Positions 62,401 to 64,000 of a stretch of DNA of 64,000 bases are shown in pieces. Below the pieces are notes generated by a model that worked only from the letters and a program-made list of their open reading frames with translations, was not told where the DNA came from and did no database searches. Position 1 is the first letter of the stretch, and each line of letters begins with the position of its first letter. The translations under genes and the position numbers were made by a program. This DNA comes from Trichosphaerium sp. ATCC 40318 (taxonomy: Eukaryota > Protista > Tubulinea), in NCBI GenBank assembly GCA_038496445.1, contig JALMLS010000228.1, forward strand, positions 543,117 through 607,116, read 5' to 3'.

Positions 62401-64000
62401 TTGCGTTGAGACAAGAAGTATAAGTTATTTTTCTTTATTATTCACAAGTTTGTATCGCTTCTACATTTCAAGTGCTGGCTAACCGCCAGCTAAGTAACCC
62501 CTTTGAGGTGCAGAGAGGAGTCAAACAAGGTGATCCTCTCTCTCCTACTCTCTTTGTCTTGTGCATGGAGCCTATATTGGCCCGTGTGCAAGAAATAAAC
62601 CAAGGTGTAACACTTGGTGAAACACGTATCACCTCCCTTGCTTTTGCGGATGATATTGCTGGATTGTGTTCTTGCCCACAGGACGCAATTAACTTCAAAG
62701 CGGTTCTTAGAGCTGCTGAACACACCGTAGGCCTTATAGCTAATCCCTCTAAGTGCTTCAGTATTAGTAATCTCAAGACGCCCGCCTTTCAAAACACGGA
62801 CGAGGTAAAGTATCTAGGTATTTACTTCCGAGCTGATGAAGGAGTGGCTAACTATGCCTCTGACGTTATTGACAAACTCTCCAAGCAAGTTTGTCGTTGG
62901 CGCTACCTGGCACGTACTCTAATTTCTAAGAAAACAATTTATACAGCCTATGCGCTGCCTCTTTTTACTTATTACTTTCGCTTTATTAGTATTCATCCCA
63001 CGCAAGTGAGATCTATACGGAATGCGGCTGCTACACTCTTCAATAATCAATTGTCTATGCGGCGTGTAGCTAGCTAGTCGTTATTTTAACCCTCTCAAAG
63101 CTTGTGGTTTAGGTTTGGTTGACCCTGCCAGGTATAATCAAGCTCTACTCGCACGTGTTTGGGAGGTGTTCCTCTTTGACTATGGTTCTCAGGTGTACCA
63201 TAGTCAATGTCAATGGAACCTTTGGCATCAATATGCAGGTGGTGATGAAGGTGGAGGCCTCTGGTCGGGACTGGCGGCCTCCTATCATTACACCACATGC
63301 AAAAAAGCATGGATTAAAATTAACCAACGTTTCAGAGGTAAAACACTCTCAGAGTTGGAGCGCCTTTTTGTCGAGCACAAAATTAAGTTACCACGCACCT
63401 CCTCTGACATCTACCACTTTAATTTTGTCCGTAAAGTTGACACAACTCCTACAATTTCTCGAATGCTTTCTACCCATAAAAAACTTTACAAAACTTTCCC
63501 TCACATTTTCAAGCATCCCAAACTTAAATGTGCTCCTCTAGTTAGGGACTACCTACTCAAATCCATTTTGAGATTTCTACCTTGTGCCTATGATGCGACA
63601 CAAGACCGAATCTCATACATCTTGTTTCAGTCGCCTGCGGCTGATGTTATACGCATCACTAAACATTCCCTTGGCTATACTTTTTCTTATAGCTCACACA
63701 CTCTACACAATGCCATTGTGCTTACTGAAAGGAACCTTGTGGTTCTGGGCATTCTCATCAAATGGTGTTGGAAACTCTACAACCGAGCTCGTCATGGTGA
63801 AGGATTTTACAGTCTTTCTCAAATGGCTTTGTTGGTTAAGATAGATATCAAAGAGACTTTCATCAAAATTGGTTTTTACCAAAGTGAGGTTAGGCGGTCG
63901 GCCCTTCCTTACTATTAACACTTGTACAATTGTAAATTTAACCTATGTGAAGGGCGTGAGGGTTAGTACCTCATATTGTTGGTAGCAGAGGAACGTTATG
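56447..64000 (-). repeat. Right arm of the inverted duplication (continues past the window end)
   Basis: Reverse complement of 33513-41066. Confidence 0.97.
62457..64000 (+). mobile_element. Duplicated copy of the truncated non-LTR retrotransposon
   Basis: Same RT ORFs (62472-63077, 63115-63918), same frameshift and same 5' junction as 33364-35056. Confidence 0.93.

Noticed and set aside
33513-64000. Giant TIR element (Polinton or endogenous virus)
   Set aside because: The arms are host gene plus LINE sequence, and no polymerase, integrase, capsid or packaging ATPase is seen in the spacer.

Overview
Intron-rich eukaryotic DNA (roughly 35-38% GC, very short GT-AG introns, standard code). The gene content suggests a protist, possibly an amoeba, but that is inference. 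The first ~15.5 kb holds five apparently intact genes: a CAP/SCP protein, a BRCT-IPT-DUF4062-NACHT-TPR-WH2 protein, an enoyl-CoA isomerase/hydratase, a DUF5060/DUF4038 protein and a PIP5K. The rest is a rearrangement-rich zone. It contains intron-retaining decayed copies of the neighbouring genes, a dispersed modular repeat family (3 full copies plus 1 partial) and a 5'-truncated L1/Tx1-like retroelement with a 13-bp TSD. It also contains an apparently perfect inverted duplication of at least 7.55 kb (33513-41066 / 56447-64000). Its left arm ends exactly where a GAGTC/GACTC-saturated island with a ~50-bp iteron-like array begins. The spacer holds an 861-bp TIR element carrying a captured gene piece and the 3' half of an IQ-RhoGEF(DH-PH)-CLU gene that is internally scrambled (a 171-bp exon-intron-exon inversion and an inserted RTX-like gene fragment). 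Domain calls are motif recognition by eye and exon boundaries are approximate.
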